Counted from the whole stretch's first letter, positions 1-12,450 are shown. The stretch is 62,797 nt of DNA, filler included, from Octopus bimaculoides (GCF_001194135.2; 4 parts of 4 records of this genome joined end to end with filler, not necessarily neighbours in it); one strand, 5' to 3'. Numbers and translations: made by a program. Notes: a model not told the origin generated them from the letters alone.

Positions 1-58
1 TATGTATGTATGTATGTATGTATGTATGTATGTATATTTAGATATGTATGTATGTGTA

Positions 59-92
<34 letters not shown>

Positions 93-118
93 CATGTATA
101 CACTCACACACATGCGCA
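1..118. repeat. Compound microsatellite (TATG)n/(TG)n/(TA)n
   Basis: Seen directly in the sequence. Confidence 0.95.
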
Positions 119-669
119 CATATATATTTGCACGTGTAGAATCCAAGGGGCAGAAAAAATTATACAGAGAATACAATAGAAAGATTTTTATTCGAAAAGG
201 ATAAAACTGATTTGTTTACACACAAGTTCCTGTTTAAAGGCTCAAACACTGACTCGGGAACGAAATTTGCTTAGGGATGCAAACCCAGGCCCCAAAACTT
301 TTACAAATAAGGTCATATTTAAAAAAATCTATTTATGTTCTTTGTTCTTTTCAGAAGAAACCTAATTCAAGCTACTTTTTACTTACTGTTTTCTAAACGC
401 GAGAAAAGTAAGTAGGCGTGCAAAGTTTGGATTTTTGCACCCCACAAAAATTTTCGTGGGTGCGCTTGCACCTCCTGTTCCCGGGCCCATGGACTCAGAT
501 ATATTCAGTTAAAAAAATTTCAACTTAATTAAAGGTGCCAGGCTCGTAAATATGGTCACCCAGTTTCAATAGAGTGTAAAGCACAGTTTAAAATCTCTTC
601 AGCATTGAAAAAATTGATTTCCCCTCCCAATCCAAACCAAATTTTGCATGTAATTTATTTCTTCTACTG

Positions 670-864
670 TTGACACAAAACGTGAGATTCGCAGGAAAGA
701 GGACGGTCGTTTACATCGACCCCAGTGCGCGACTGGTACTTATTTCATTAACACCGAATGGAAAAAGAGGCTTCGGCGGAATTTGAACTTAGAATCTAAT
801 GACACGCGAAATGCCGAAAACATTTTTTTGTCCGACTTGCTAACGATTCAGCCAGTTCTCCACC
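670..864 (-). mobile_element. tRNA-derived SINE, family A (head GGCGGCGAGCTGGCAGAATCGTTAGC-like)
   Basis: The reverse complement matches plus-strand copies at 1503, 13118, 37417 and 55590, with A-box-like TGGCTGAATCGTTAG and B-box-like GTTCAAATTCC. Confidence 0.85.
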
Positions 865-1096
865 ATAATATTTTTATTTTTAAATAAAAACGATACAAGT
901 AGTTATAATTAGTTTTCTCAGACAGTATTACTATTATTTACATATAAAATAAATTATGATACTGCAGTTATTTCCATGAATTTGCAAACGAAATACGTTG
1001 TAACCGATTTAGAATAAATTTGGACGTTTGCGTTTATGAAGATCATTTATTACAGTTAAAGACCACTAACGTTGTATGTAGATTTTGTTTTTATTC

Positions 1097-1485
1097 GTGG
1101 AGGCCCAATGGCCCAGAGGTTAGGGCAGCGGACCCGCGGTCATAGGATCACGGTTTCGATTCCCAGACCGGGCGTTGTGAGTGTTTATTGAGCGAAAACA
1201 CCTAAAGCTCCACAAGGCTCCAGCAGGGGATGGTGGCGAACCCTGCTGTACTCTTTCACCACAAATTTCTCTCACTCTTACTTCCTGTTTCTGTTGTGCC
1301 TGTAATTCAAAGGGTCAGCCTTGTCACACTGTGTCACGCTGAATATCTCCGAGAACTACGTTAAGGGTACGTGTGTCTGTGGAATGCTCAGCCACTTGCA
1401 CGTTAATTTCACGAGCAGGCTGTTCCGTTGATCGGATCAACTGGAACCCTCGACGTCGTAAGCAACAGTGTGCCAACAACAACAA
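1097..1485 (+). mobile_element. Near full-length tRNA-derived SINE, family B, with (AAC)n tail
   Basis: tRNA-like head (TGGCCCAGAGGTTAGG ... GGTTTCGATTCCC) runs into a ~300 bp body. The body's 3' part recurs at 4102-4258 and, reversed, at 42950-43125. It ends in AACAACAACAA. Confidence 0.85.
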
Positions 1486-1502
1486 TATTTTTTTTTATAC
1501 AA

Positions 1503-1718
1503 AGGCGGCGAACTGGCAAAATTGTTAACACGACAACCAAAATGCTTAGCAGCATTTCGTCCGTCTGTATTTTCTGAGTTCAAATTCCGCCATGGCCCAC
1601 TTTGTCTTTCATCCTTACGGGGTCTATAAAATAAGTGCTAGCTGAATACTGGGTCAATGTAATCGACTTACACCCTTTCCTGAAATTGTTGGCCGTGTGC
1701 CAAAATGTGAACCCGTTA
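1503..1718 (+). mobile_element. SINE family A
   Basis: GGCGGCGAACTGGCAAAATTGTTAAC ... GAGTTCAAATTCCGCC ... matches the other family A copies. Confidence 0.85.
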
Positions 1719-2639
1719 TTAGAATTAATCAAACAACTGATTTATCTTGCTGATATTTTATAAGAATCCTTATAAATTTACACAGTTTCATCTCATTGAA
1801 TTATACATTTCGATAATTAAATCTTTGATACAAAAAGCATTACTTTTTATCAATAACTATATTTTATCAGAGATACTTGTATCAAAACAATTATACCTGC
1901 AAGTAGTTCGTTGTTTTATTTCAGTAATGAATAAAAGGAAATGATGTAACATTTTCATGAATCGCAATGTAGTTTAATTCCGTTTAAATGTGCAAGCTTA
2001 CTAGCATTTTTATTTTCACTTTGTTATATAAAGACTTCTATAATTTAAAGTGTAGCTTATATCAAACTGACAGTCTTATTATTATACGTAATATGAAGAC
2101 CCGACAGTTTGATAGTTTCAGGAAAAATCCATTTAAAAATTTACTCCTAACGATTTAATGTCGATACACAAGCATTCAATTTATATACTTAATAATTAGT
2201 ACCCATTTAGGAAGCGAAATGAAAAGTAAAATTTATAAATATTGTATCAACACAAGCGGCTGCCATTATAAATTATTTAGTGAAAAATATTATACGCTTT
2301 TCCAGTATTTTCCTCATATTTCTTCTTTCAAGGAAACGACACCATATTATTAGGTAGCGTCAAAGCGCAGTCATTTTAAGGATAACATTAATTTCATTAA
2401 TAATCATAAATGATGATGATGGCGATGATGATGATATTGGTGGTGGTGGTGGTAGGGATGGTGATGATGATGATGATGCTAATTGAAATTCTCAGACATA
2501 GAAAATAGAAAACGTAAAATTATTTTGGTTAATGCTTCGCTTAGTCTGAAGGAGAGAAGTATACCCAAACATTTATTGAATTTATTGGATAAATACTTTT
2601 AAATATTCTTTACGCGTAAGCGATTCTGTCATCAACCGA

Positions 2640-3894
2640 CTGTGTATATGTGTGTGTGCGTGTGTGTGCGTGCGTGTGCGTGTTTGTGCGTGGGTGTGTG
2701 CGCGCGCGAATACATATTTAGCAGTAAGGACGTTATACAGAAATATAGAAGACCGATAAATTTATTAAGATATTCTCTGGTGGTAAATCTACAACATACA
2801 TTTACAGACAAGAAATCATTACAAAGAGAAATTAACCCCAACATACATACATACACACATACATACATACACACATACATACATACATACATACATACAC
2901 ACATACATACATACACACATACATACATACATACATACATACACACACACATATATATGTGTGTGTATGCGTGTGTATATATNNNNNNNNNNNNNNNNNN
3001 NNNNNNNNNNNNNNNNNNNNNNNNNNNNNNNNNNNNNNNNNNNNNNNNNNNNNNNNNNNNNNNNNNNNNNNNNNNNNNNNNNNNNNNNNNNNNNNNNNNN
3101 NNNNNNNNNNNNNNNNNNNNNNNNNNNNNNNNNNNNNNNNNNNNNNNNNNNNNNNNNNNNNNNNNNNNNNNNNNNNNNNNNNNNNNNNNNNNNNNNNNNN
3201 NNNNNNNNNNNNNNNNNNNNNNNNNNNNNNNNNNNNNNNNNNNNNNNNNNNNNNNNNNNNNNNNNNNNNNNNNNNNNNNNNNNNNNNNNNNNNNNNNNNN
3301 NNNNNNNNNNNNNNNNNNNNNNNNNNNNNNNNNNNNNNNNNNNNNNNNNNNNNNNNNNNNNNNNNNNNNNNNNNNNNNNNNNNNNNNNNNNNNNNNNNNN
3401 NNNNNNNNNNNNNNNNNNNNNNNNNNNNNNNNNNNNNNNNNNNNNNNNNNNNNNNNNNNNNNNNNNNNNNNNNNNNNNNNNNNNNNNNNNNNNNNNNNNN
3501 NNNNNNNNNNNNNNNNNNNNNNNNNNNNNNNNNNNNNNNNNNNNNNNNNNNNNNNNNNNNNNNNNNNNNNNNNNNNNNNNNNNNNNNNNNNNNNNNNNNN
3601 NNNNNNNNNNNNNNNNNNNNNNNNNNNNNNNNNNNNNNNNNNNNNNNNNNNNNNNNNNNNNNNNNNNNNNNNNNNNNNNNNNNNNNNNNNNNNNNNNNNN
3701 NNNNNNNNNNNNNNNNNNNNNNNNNNNNNNNNNNNNNNNNNNNNNNNNNNNNNNNNNNNNNNNNNNNNNNNNNNNNNNNNNNNNNNNNNNNNNNNNNNNN
3801 NNNNNNNNNNNNNNNNNNNNNNNNNNNNNNNNNNNNNNNNNNNNNNNNNNNNNNNNNNNNNNNNNNNNNNNNNNTGTGTGTGTGTGTGTGTTTG
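2640..3894. repeat. (TG)n/(CATA)n microsatellites flanking an assembly gap (2983-3874)
   Basis: Seen directly in the sequence. Confidence 0.9.
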
Positions 3895-4090
3895 TCTGTG
3901 TTTGTGCCCCTAGCATTGCTTGACAACCGATGCTGGTGTGTTTATGTCCCCGTCACTTAGCGGTTCGGCAAAAAGAGACCGATAGAATAAGTACTGGGCT
4001 TACAAAGAATAAGTCCTGGGGTCGATTTGCTCGACTAAAGGCGGTGCTCCAACATGGCCGCAGTCAAATGACTGAAACAAGTAAAAGAGT
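3875..4090 (+). mobile_element. 3' half of composite SINE family C (CORE-like head, internal microsatellite)
   Basis: GACAACCGATGCTGGTGTGTTT...GATAGAATAAGTAC...GGCGGTGCTCC...GAAACAAGTAAAAGA is shared with 7233-7667, 49070-49300, 56463-56870 and 58320-58540. Confidence 0.9.
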
Positions 4091-4101
4091 ATTTCAAAAG
4101 G

Positions 4102-4258
4102 CCTGCCATGTCACATTGTGTCACGCTTTAATTACCTGAGAACTACGTTTACAGTACACGTGTCTGTGGAGTGCTCAGGCACTTGCAAGTTAATTTCACG
4201 AGCAAGCAGTTCCGTTGATCGGATTAACTGGAACCCTCGTTTTTGTAACCGACAGAGT
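4102..4258 (+). mobile_element. 3' fragment of SINE family B
   Basis: Matches 1318-1470 (GTCACATTGTGTCACGCT...GAGAACTACG...GGAACCCTCG). Confidence 0.8.
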
Positions 4259-4284
4259 GCTAGTTATATATATATATATGTATA

Positions 4285-4510
4285 TATTCTTTTATTCTTT
4301 CACTTGTTTTAGTCATGTGACTGTGGCGATACTGGAACACCGCCTTTAGGGATTTTAGTCGAGCAATTCGACCGCGGGTCTTATTCTTTGTAAGCCTTTG
4401 TACTTATTCTATCAGTCTCTTTGGCCGAGCAGCTAAGTTAAAGTGACGTAAACACACCATTATCGGTTGTCAAGAGATGGTGGTGGGAACAAACACAGAC
4501 GCAGACACAA
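4285..4510 (-). mobile_element. 3' half of SINE family C
   Basis: Reverse complement of 3875-4090. Confidence 0.85.
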
Positions 4511-4562
4511 ATATATATATACCACACAGCCACACCTGCGCCTATACATAATACATACATAT

Positions 4563-4606
<44 letters not shown>

Positions 4607-6133
4607 CATAAATGTTTGTTGTGGATCAATAATTTCAGTTGACGCAAGAATCGAGAAAGATACCCGGCTTTTGGATTTGCAAACCCTTTCCTGTATTGGA
4701 ATTTATTGATACTCAGCAAAACTGGTGGTACAAATATATGTAGTGCATGAGGGCAACGTCGGATGACACTATCAGAGGGGATAACATCTGGAGCAGGTTA
4801 GATAAAAGATGAACCTAATCCAACTGGGGTAACAATGTCATTTAACGTTAAGATAATTTTTGATGTAGTTCTTAAGATATTTTCTTCTAATTCTACAGTT
4901 ATCTTATCAAAATTTTCACTGCATTCATATAAACCTATGTTAATGCAAATACATTTAGACCGTACATATGACATAGTAATGTAAAGGTGTATTTTAATTT
5001 TGTTAGTCTTTAAATCATGATTATTCCCATGGCATTCAATATTACATGGGAATTACCATTTACAAACAGCGTTAGTCCAAAAACTTCAGTAAGGAATCTA
5101 CGTGGCCATGAATTATTGTACTGGGTAAAACCAACTTTAGTAACATCGCAGATCAGCAAATTCATCCTCGAGTCTCACATTTTACCCATACAAATGTATA
5201 AGTTTCTTCTGATTGATTATTTTTATTACCAAAAATATAAATAACTATCTTGAGTTGTTCTAAAATTACAAAACAAAGCAAAACTGTAAGGACGAATAAA
5301 AATCGATTATCCAACTTCTCNNNNNNNNNNNNNNNNNNNNNNNNNNNNNNNNNNNNNNNNNNNNNNNNNNNNNNNNNNNNNNNNNNNNNNNNNNNNNNNN
5401 NNNNNNNNNNNNNNNNNNNNGAAGAAGAAGAAGAAGAAGAAGAAGAAGAAGAAGGAGGAGTAGGAGGAGGGGGAGGAGAAGAAGAAGAAAAGGAGGAGGT
5501 AGTGGTGGTGGTGGTGGTGGTGGGAGACCCAACAACAAAATTTCTACAAAAGCCTGCTATATTTTATGAATAAGTCTTATTAATTTATTTTATTAAACTT
5601 CTTACAAAATGTTGGCGTCTGAAAATTGTGAAAGTTTCTTTGATTGAATTATCATCTTGGGTAAACTATTTTTTATTCTTCGTCTTCTTTGCCTGCTTTC
5701 TTGTTTTCTTCACTTGTTTTCTTTCTACCTTACCTTCTTTCCTATTTCGTTATATTACTTTTATGACAAATTTGCATATTCCCACTGTCCCCTTTGCTGA
5801 AAACTTTCTAAAGATACTGAAATTGATATAGAGAAAAAAAAATTAAATGCATATACTTTTTACAAAATGTGTCTAGGTTATTTGATTTGTGAATATGCAA
5901 TGCATTGTATAATGAATTTTTATATCATTTCCCAAAGATATGTCTGTGTGCATGTTTGTTTTTGTGTGTGTGTGTGTGTGTGAGAGAGAGGGGGGAGGAA
6001 AAGAGAGAGAAAGAGAAAAAAGAGAGAATTTAAATGTTTTATGAGCGCCTGTTTTCAAACTGATGACTGTGCTGGTCCAGTCATTGCTGATAACGCGAAG
6101 CAGTGGAATCGCTAATACCAAGAAAAATTAATA

Positions 6134-6860
6134 TGGTGGTGTGAGGGTACTCCATCTTGCTGGAAATGAAAGCTCTACATCTTCAAAGTCCATCTGAATG
6201 CTTTACATGACAGATTGTTGCAGCAAATTCAAGTAAATGAGACCGGTCACAATACCGTAAAAAAGAACGGTGTAACTAATCATTTTCATTACCATATTAT
6301 AACTACTGGTAAATTAACATGAAGTTCTTCCATTATATGCGGATTCTCAGGTCCCAAGTAGGTACAAGTATGGTGAACAATTGAACGATGTAAACGTAGC
6401 CTTATCACTCCAAACGATCTTTGTAGGAAAGTGTGCATCTACACGTCTTGCCAAGTACCACGCACAAAACTCCACTTTTCGGTCCAGATAATTTTCATTG
6501 AGTGCCTGAACTATTCTTGGGATATAACTTTTCCAATGACAACGCTTCAAAAGACGATGGACGCTTTATTTCGAAATTTCTATCATGCAACTCACTTGCC
6601 GCACAGATTTGCTTAAACTCTGCCAATACATTTATAGTATTCTTTCTCGATTCGACGGGCTTGTCAATGACCGTAGTCTTCCGGAACGTTTCTTGTGGAT
6701 ATTTCGAACAGTTCCATCCGCTTCAAACATATCTCTGATCTGAGTAATAGTGAGCCGCGTAGATGGAACTTTGAAACTCGTTCCTAAACCGTCTTTGCAC
6801 TGCAACTTCTTTTTGAAACTTCCAGTAGCACCATCGGGTAAATTTCCTTTATTCAAAGAT
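6134..6860 (-). pseudogene. Tc1/mariner-superfamily transposase remnant (DUF4817-type N-terminal HTH plus DDE core)
   Basis: Minus-strand frames give PSTRLTITQIRDMFEADGTVRNIHKKRSGRLRS (HTH/SGRPR-like), YIPRIVQAL...[10 protein letters not shown]...IVWSDKATF (first catalytic D) and FHFQQDGVPSH (second D). The frames are broken by stops and frameshifts. Confidence 0.8.
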
Positions 6861-6884
6861 TAGTGTGTATGCATTTTTGTGATA

Positions 6885-6929
<45 letters not shown>

Positions 6930-7232
6930 CAGTATATGCACTTAATCAGTCTTTCTGATAGTATGCAAGTAGAATATGTCCGCAAGAATACAACTTTATT
7001 CCAAGCTGTGATAGCTAACTTCAAGGCATATTATCAGTGAAAATCTTTCAAACAACCGCTGAAAGCAACTGATAGAAGGATTAACCTACAGTGTAAGATT
7101 TCTTGAAGAAGTCCAACGTAACGGATAATATTGCTGAGTCATGGGATAAAATGAATCCCCAAATTTGTATGGTGCTTGGAAAAATATATGACCAGACCGT
7201 AACTGTGACTTTAAATGTTTTCCATGAACGGT

Positions 7233-7482
7233 ATTCTTTTATTCTTTTACTTGTTTCAGCCATTTGACCGTGGTCATGATGGAGCACCGCCTCTAGTCGA
7301 ACGAATCGACCCCAGCACTTATTCCTTGTAAGCCTAGTACTTATTCTATCGGTCATTTTTTGCTGAACCGCTAACTTACGGGGACGTAAACATACAAACA
7401 TCGGTTGTCAAGTGATGGGGGTAGGGGACAAACACAGACACATAAAAACAAACACACACACACATACTCACACACACACACG

Positions 7483-7529
<47 letters not shown>

Positions 7530-7667
7530 GATGGGCTTCTTTCAGTTTCTGTGTACCAAATATATGCTATAGTACAAGACACCTACTCAAGGTATCACGC
7601 AGTCGGACTGAACCCGGAGCCATATGGTTGGGAAGCAAACTGCTTACTACGCAGCCGCGCCTGTGCT
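7233..7667 (-). mobile_element. Full-length composite SINE family C with internal (CA)n/(TA)n
   Basis: On the minus strand: tRNA-like head (GGCGCGGCTGCGTAGTAAGCAG...GGGTTCAGTCC), CORE-like CCTTGAGTAGGTGTC, microsatellite, then the conserved 3' half. Confidence 0.9.
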
Positions 7668-7668
7668 T

Positions 7669-8110
7669 ACATCAAATTCAGAAATATTATAGTAACACTT
7701 GCAAATGATGTAATATTTAAAGAAATTATAGACGATGATTTGGTGGAGTTGCAAGTGTTCTTTAGAAGAAGTATATCTAACGAGGAACTGATGGTGTCAG
7801 AACGAGAGCAAGCTGAAAATTCCACAAATTCGCTTAAACTGATTGCAAAAGCTAAATCTGCAAGATTTTTGCTGATAACAACCCTAATCATGAATATAAC
7901 ATAGAAATTACATGACGAGATTACAACGACCTCTGTTTCTACGCTAAGTTGTGCAAAGAAATGATGTGACAAAAACCAACCAATTTTGAAGAAGTTACGA
8001 CTTGTTATTTATTCCCAACGCATTTCTCTTCAAATGCATTTACATATCCTTATTGTAGTACATATGTTTAGAAATTGTTATTTTCATGCATAAAAGTGGT
8101 CGTGCTGTTT
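7669..8110 (+). pseudogene. Possible pogo/Tigger transposase C-terminal remnant
   Basis: Translation NIIVTLANDVIFKEIIDDDLVELQVFFRRSISNEELMVSERE resembles the acidic C-terminal segment of Tigger/pogo transposases. This is pattern recognition only. Confidence 0.45.
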
Positions 8111-8270
8111 TTGAAAAAAATATTGTCAGAACTCATTATTATTTTGTTACATGAAAATCAGTGGGAAAATTAATTTTGTTTCAAGGTTTCGCTTTACACG
8201 AAGATTATCAAGAATGCATCAAGGTGGGGGTTGTACACACACATGCGCGCGCATACTCACGCACTCACAT

Positions 8271-8306
<36 letters not shown>

Positions 8307-8331
8307 NNNNNNNNNNCTCACGCACTCACAT

Positions 8332-8385
<54 letters not shown>

Positions 8386-9582
8386 ACACACACACAACTT
8401 TGAGCCTTCTGTTTTAGATGACACAGATGGGTTGTATTGAAATAAATGATGTTATGGAAAAATAGCAGCTTCGAACTATATACCCGCGTCGGTTTTTAAG
8501 TTGATTAATACGCATATCAGTGCTCTGATATGCAAATGAATAAAATCAGTGCTTGTTACTCAGCAATTTACGCAAACAGTTGCTTCTCTCTCTCTGTGTC
8601 TTTCTATTTTTATCTCCCTCTCTCGTTACCTCTCTTTCTCGAACGAAGAAACGATCGAAGTCAACATTCATTTTGGTCCAGCAATAACCAGGTGAGACTA
8701 ATCAGATAATTTTTTTTATCAGTTCGTTCTAGTTGAACCGCAGAATCTATTTATATAGCGAGGTTTAATATATGTTAGGTACTTTCCTATTATCAACTGC
8801 GATACTTTTTGCTATTTACTAAAGGATTTGAAGAGCAAGAATGTGAAAAAAAAAAATCAAATTGTTTGGACAAAAAGTTCTTTCACAGAAGGAAACAATC
8901 ACACATTTCCTTGTTCTTTCCCGTCCCAATGAGGTAGCGATAGCTATTCCGAGAGTACTAATCCTTCAGTAAATATTTAAAATGGCTGTCGATAATAGGA
9001 AAATGCCTATATTTATTTATTAAGCATGGAAATAATTCACTAATACTGATATGTACTGTAACAAAGATATGTTGCTAATGTTTGCCAAGGCTACCCTTAA
9101 AGTTCTTATATTTAGTTTACTTATCTGAAATTCCACACCATCGTTGATTTGTAACATTATCTTCATTTCATTGAACACAAAATTGTTATTTTAAAGTAGA
9201 AGGAACAGAAATGGAATTTGACACTGAAATCTTGCGTGATGTAAGGGAAGGGAAATATCTTTAAATGGTGACAAAAGTTGGGATAATCGTTAGATATTTT
9301 ATCTCACAGCGACACACTCATACGCTGCACTCTTCACTTCTTTGCTTTTTTTTGTTCTTCTTTTATTTTTTTTTGTCCTTCTCAATTGACTTTTAGCCGC
9401 CTCGGACGACCGCTGCACTTCTTGAATTTTTGCTGATCGTTTTTGATTAACGTTGATGTTTCGTTGCTGCTGAAACTGGAGGGGCGGCGGAAAAAGGTCA
9501 AGCGTGAATTTTGTGAGTGTGTTCTTGACCTTATCTGATATTCAAACGATTTGCCCTGAAGTTGGGATCTTATTGATAACTG

Positions 9583-9945
9583 CGAGAGAGAGAGAGAGAG
9601 AGAAAGAGCGAGAGAGAGAGAGAGCGGGGGGGAAGAGAAAGAGAGAGGGGGAGAAACGAGGTGAGAAGTACAGGAGAGTGAAAGTATAGGGGAGAGAGGA
9701 AGCTGATGGAGAGATAGAAAGGACGGAGAGAAAGAAAGGAGAATGGAGAGTAAGGGGATGATGGAGAGAGAGAAGATGATAGAGAGAGGGAGGAGGATGA
9801 AGAGAGAGAGAGAGGGGGTAAAGGAGAGAGAGAGAGAGAAGAGAATGGAGAGGAAGATGGAGAGAGAGGCGGATGGAGTAAGAGAGGAGGAGGAGAAGGA
9901 TAGAGAAAGAGAGAAAGAGAAGAAAAGTAGAGTAGACATTTACAA
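9583..9945. repeat. GA-rich degenerate purine tract
   Basis: Seen directly in the sequence. Confidence 0.9.
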
Positions 9946-10064
9946 ATAAAAAGCAAGGTGATGATGTCAAAATAGTGAAACATACGTGCCACACACGCAC
10001 TCACACACACACACGCACTCACACACACACACGCGCGCACACACACACAGATTCACATCTTTTA

Positions 10065-10225
10065 TGTTTATCGTTTACTTATTTCAGCCTTTAGACTCCA
10101 GTCATACTGGGGCACTGCCTTGAAGAATTGTAGTCAAACGGATCGACCCTACTACTTATTTGTTTCCTATATTCCTTTAATCTTGGTACTTATTCTATCG
10201 CTCTCTTTTGCTGAACCACTAGATA
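10065..10225 (-). mobile_element. 3' fragment of SINE family C
   Basis: TTTCAGCC...GGGGCACTGCCTTGAAG...TCGACCC...GGTACTTATTCTATCG matches family C reversed. Confidence 0.8.
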
Positions 10226-10244
10226 ATGGCACAAATAATACTTT

Positions 10245-10614
10245 TGCTCTTTTTCTGGTTTCAGTCAGGGAACTTTGGTTGTGATGTGGAACCACCTTGA
10301 AGGGTTTGTTCCCTTTGTTTCCTCAAAGAGATCCCAGCACTAGTTTCAAGCCCCAATTATTCTATCAGGAACTTTGTGTCGAACCGCTAAGTTACGATCA
10401 ACCCCATTTGTGGAGTGGTGAAGAATATACACTCCACTCACGCACACACAAACACAAAAACTCACTCGATCACTTGCACATACATGCAAACATGCATACA
10501 TGTATGCAAATATGCATACATACATACATACATGCATGCATGCAAATATGCATACATACATACACACATACATGCAAACATACATACATAAATGCATGCA
10601 TAGCATTGCATACA

Positions 10615-10648
<34 letters not shown>

Positions 10649-10897
10649 CATACATATATATATATATACATACATACATACATGCATGCATTCATACATA
10701 CATGCATACATAAATACACATACATACATACATACATACATACATACACACAACAGGCATCGCTACAGCTTCTGTGTACTAAATTCACGTTGTATTAGAG
10801 GAAGACACTTGTCCTAAGTGCAGCGCAGAATGACTGAACTGGAAGTCACATCGTTGTAATATAATACATCAGACTTCTTAACCACACAGCTATGCCA
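10245..10897 (-). mobile_element. Diverged full-length SINE family C with a ~320 bp internal (CATA)n expansion
   Basis: 3' half at 10245-10420, microsatellite at 10430-10750, head at 10750-10897 (GAAGACACTTGTCC...CTTAACCACACAGC). Confidence 0.75.
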
Positions 10898-11129
10898 ACG
10901 CCTACACACAGACGCGTGCCCGAGCGCATTGCAACGCATTTGAAGCATTGTAAAATGGAACTAAAAGAATTTTGAGAAGCCACTACAATGCAAGCTGGAA
11001 ATAAAGGATTAAAACAAAATAGCAATACAGAAAAAATCACTTTACTCTGTTTTCATATAATTCGGACTCAAAATGTCTTTATCAAAAGAAGAAAAAAAAA
11101 TGAAGAATCAGAGCAGCTCTGATCAGCAA

Positions 11130-11460
11130 TGCTTATATAGTGATGGGGATGCGACATGCGCAGATCGATCGTGTTATATTAACCAATTATCATGTAATAA
11201 TTGCTGTAAATTTTACGTTGGAAATAGCATTAATACAAATGAACACATAAATACAAATGCTTCTTGCCTTAGAAAAACTTATGAAGAATTGTCATATCCC
11301 ACAAAATGAAATATTAGGAATTTGAGCGCTCAGGGAATTCAACAAAAAACGCCAGAATCTCAGGACTTAAACTTGCTAATATAAGACAAATAATCTATGT
11401 ACTTCACAAATCTACGTCCTGGAAATACTTTGAAAATTAGAGCTACGATCACTCACCAAA
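11130..11460 (+). pseudogene. Penelope-like GIY-YIG endonuclease remnant
   Basis: ATCADRSCYINQLSCNNCCKFYVG resembles the C-x-x-x-x-VIYxLxCxxC-xxxYIG pattern of PLE GIY-YIG domains. Confidence 0.5.
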
Positions 11461-11639
11461 GGCATTTTAAAGTCGAACTATAGAAATATATGGATGAAGT
11501 GTAAACCGCTTTCATTGTTTAGTGTTGGTTTTCATCTCTTTAATTCAATTATGAATTGTAGTTGATTTCTAAAATTAGCCCTCTACCTGTCTGTCTCTAT
11601 CTTTGTGTATATAGTTATGTGTATACGAGCGTATGTGTG

Positions 11640-11695
<56 letters not shown>

Positions 11696-11761
11696 ANNNN
11701 NNNNNNNNNNNNNNNNNNNNNNNNNNNNNNNNNNNNNNNNNNNNNNNNNNNNNNNNNNNNN

Positions 11762-11817
<56 letters not shown>

Positions 11818-12254
11818 ACAAACATACTTATATAGCTGAGAAAGTGGGGGGAGTAGACGACAGAGGAATCCAGAATGTGAAGAAAAGAGGAGACAAGAAG
11901 GTCTAATAAAATATTTTCTCTTTAGAGGAATTAACTATGTTGATATATTGCGAATTTAATAATTCATGCAGTGAATAGTGATTTGTGTAATTTACACTGG
12001 GGAGTGGGGGGACTCGCGTCAGCGATACACGAACATTACAGGCCACATATAATGACAATGGCATAAGATATTTAAGATGCAACACAAGAATCGATTTGAT
12101 ATTCGCCAATCAACTAGTCAAGGAAGTCTTTAGTTCGTATTTTTGGCTCATGTGAACATAAGATTGGTTAAGAAGTTCGCTTCGCAACTTCATGTTTCCG
12201 GTTTCGATCCCATTGTGCAGTATCTTGAGTGACTCAAAATATTGATCTAAAACT

Positions 12255-12450
12255 TTGGCACAAGGCCAGCAACTTTAGAGAAGGGGACTAGTCGAGTTCA
12301 TCGACCCTAAGGCTCACTGGTACTTATTCTATCGAACCCGAAAGAATGCACAGCTAAATAGACTTCTGTAGCATTTCAACTCAAAACGTAAAGAGCTGGA
12401 AGAAATGCTGTTAACCGTTTTTTCCCGCGTGCCGACGATTTTGCTAGGTC
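12255..12450 (-). mobile_element. SINE family A
   Basis: TTTGGCACAAGGCCAGCAAC...CATCGACCC...GGTACTTATT...CATTTCAACTCAAAACG... is family A reversed. Confidence 0.8.

Noticed and set aside
1099-1170. tRNA gene
   Set aside because: The tRNA-like A/B boxes run straight into a SINE body repeated elsewhere in the window, and I see no complete cloverleaf acceptor stem.
8250-8345. Direct repeat around a 10-N gap
   Set aside because: Near-identical sequence on both sides of a 10-N gap is typical of an unmerged contig overlap.
9382-10046. 152-185 aa L/S/F-rich membrane-protein-like ORFs
   Set aside because: They are produced by the CT/GA tract; only the unique 9370-9580 part is kept as a candidate.
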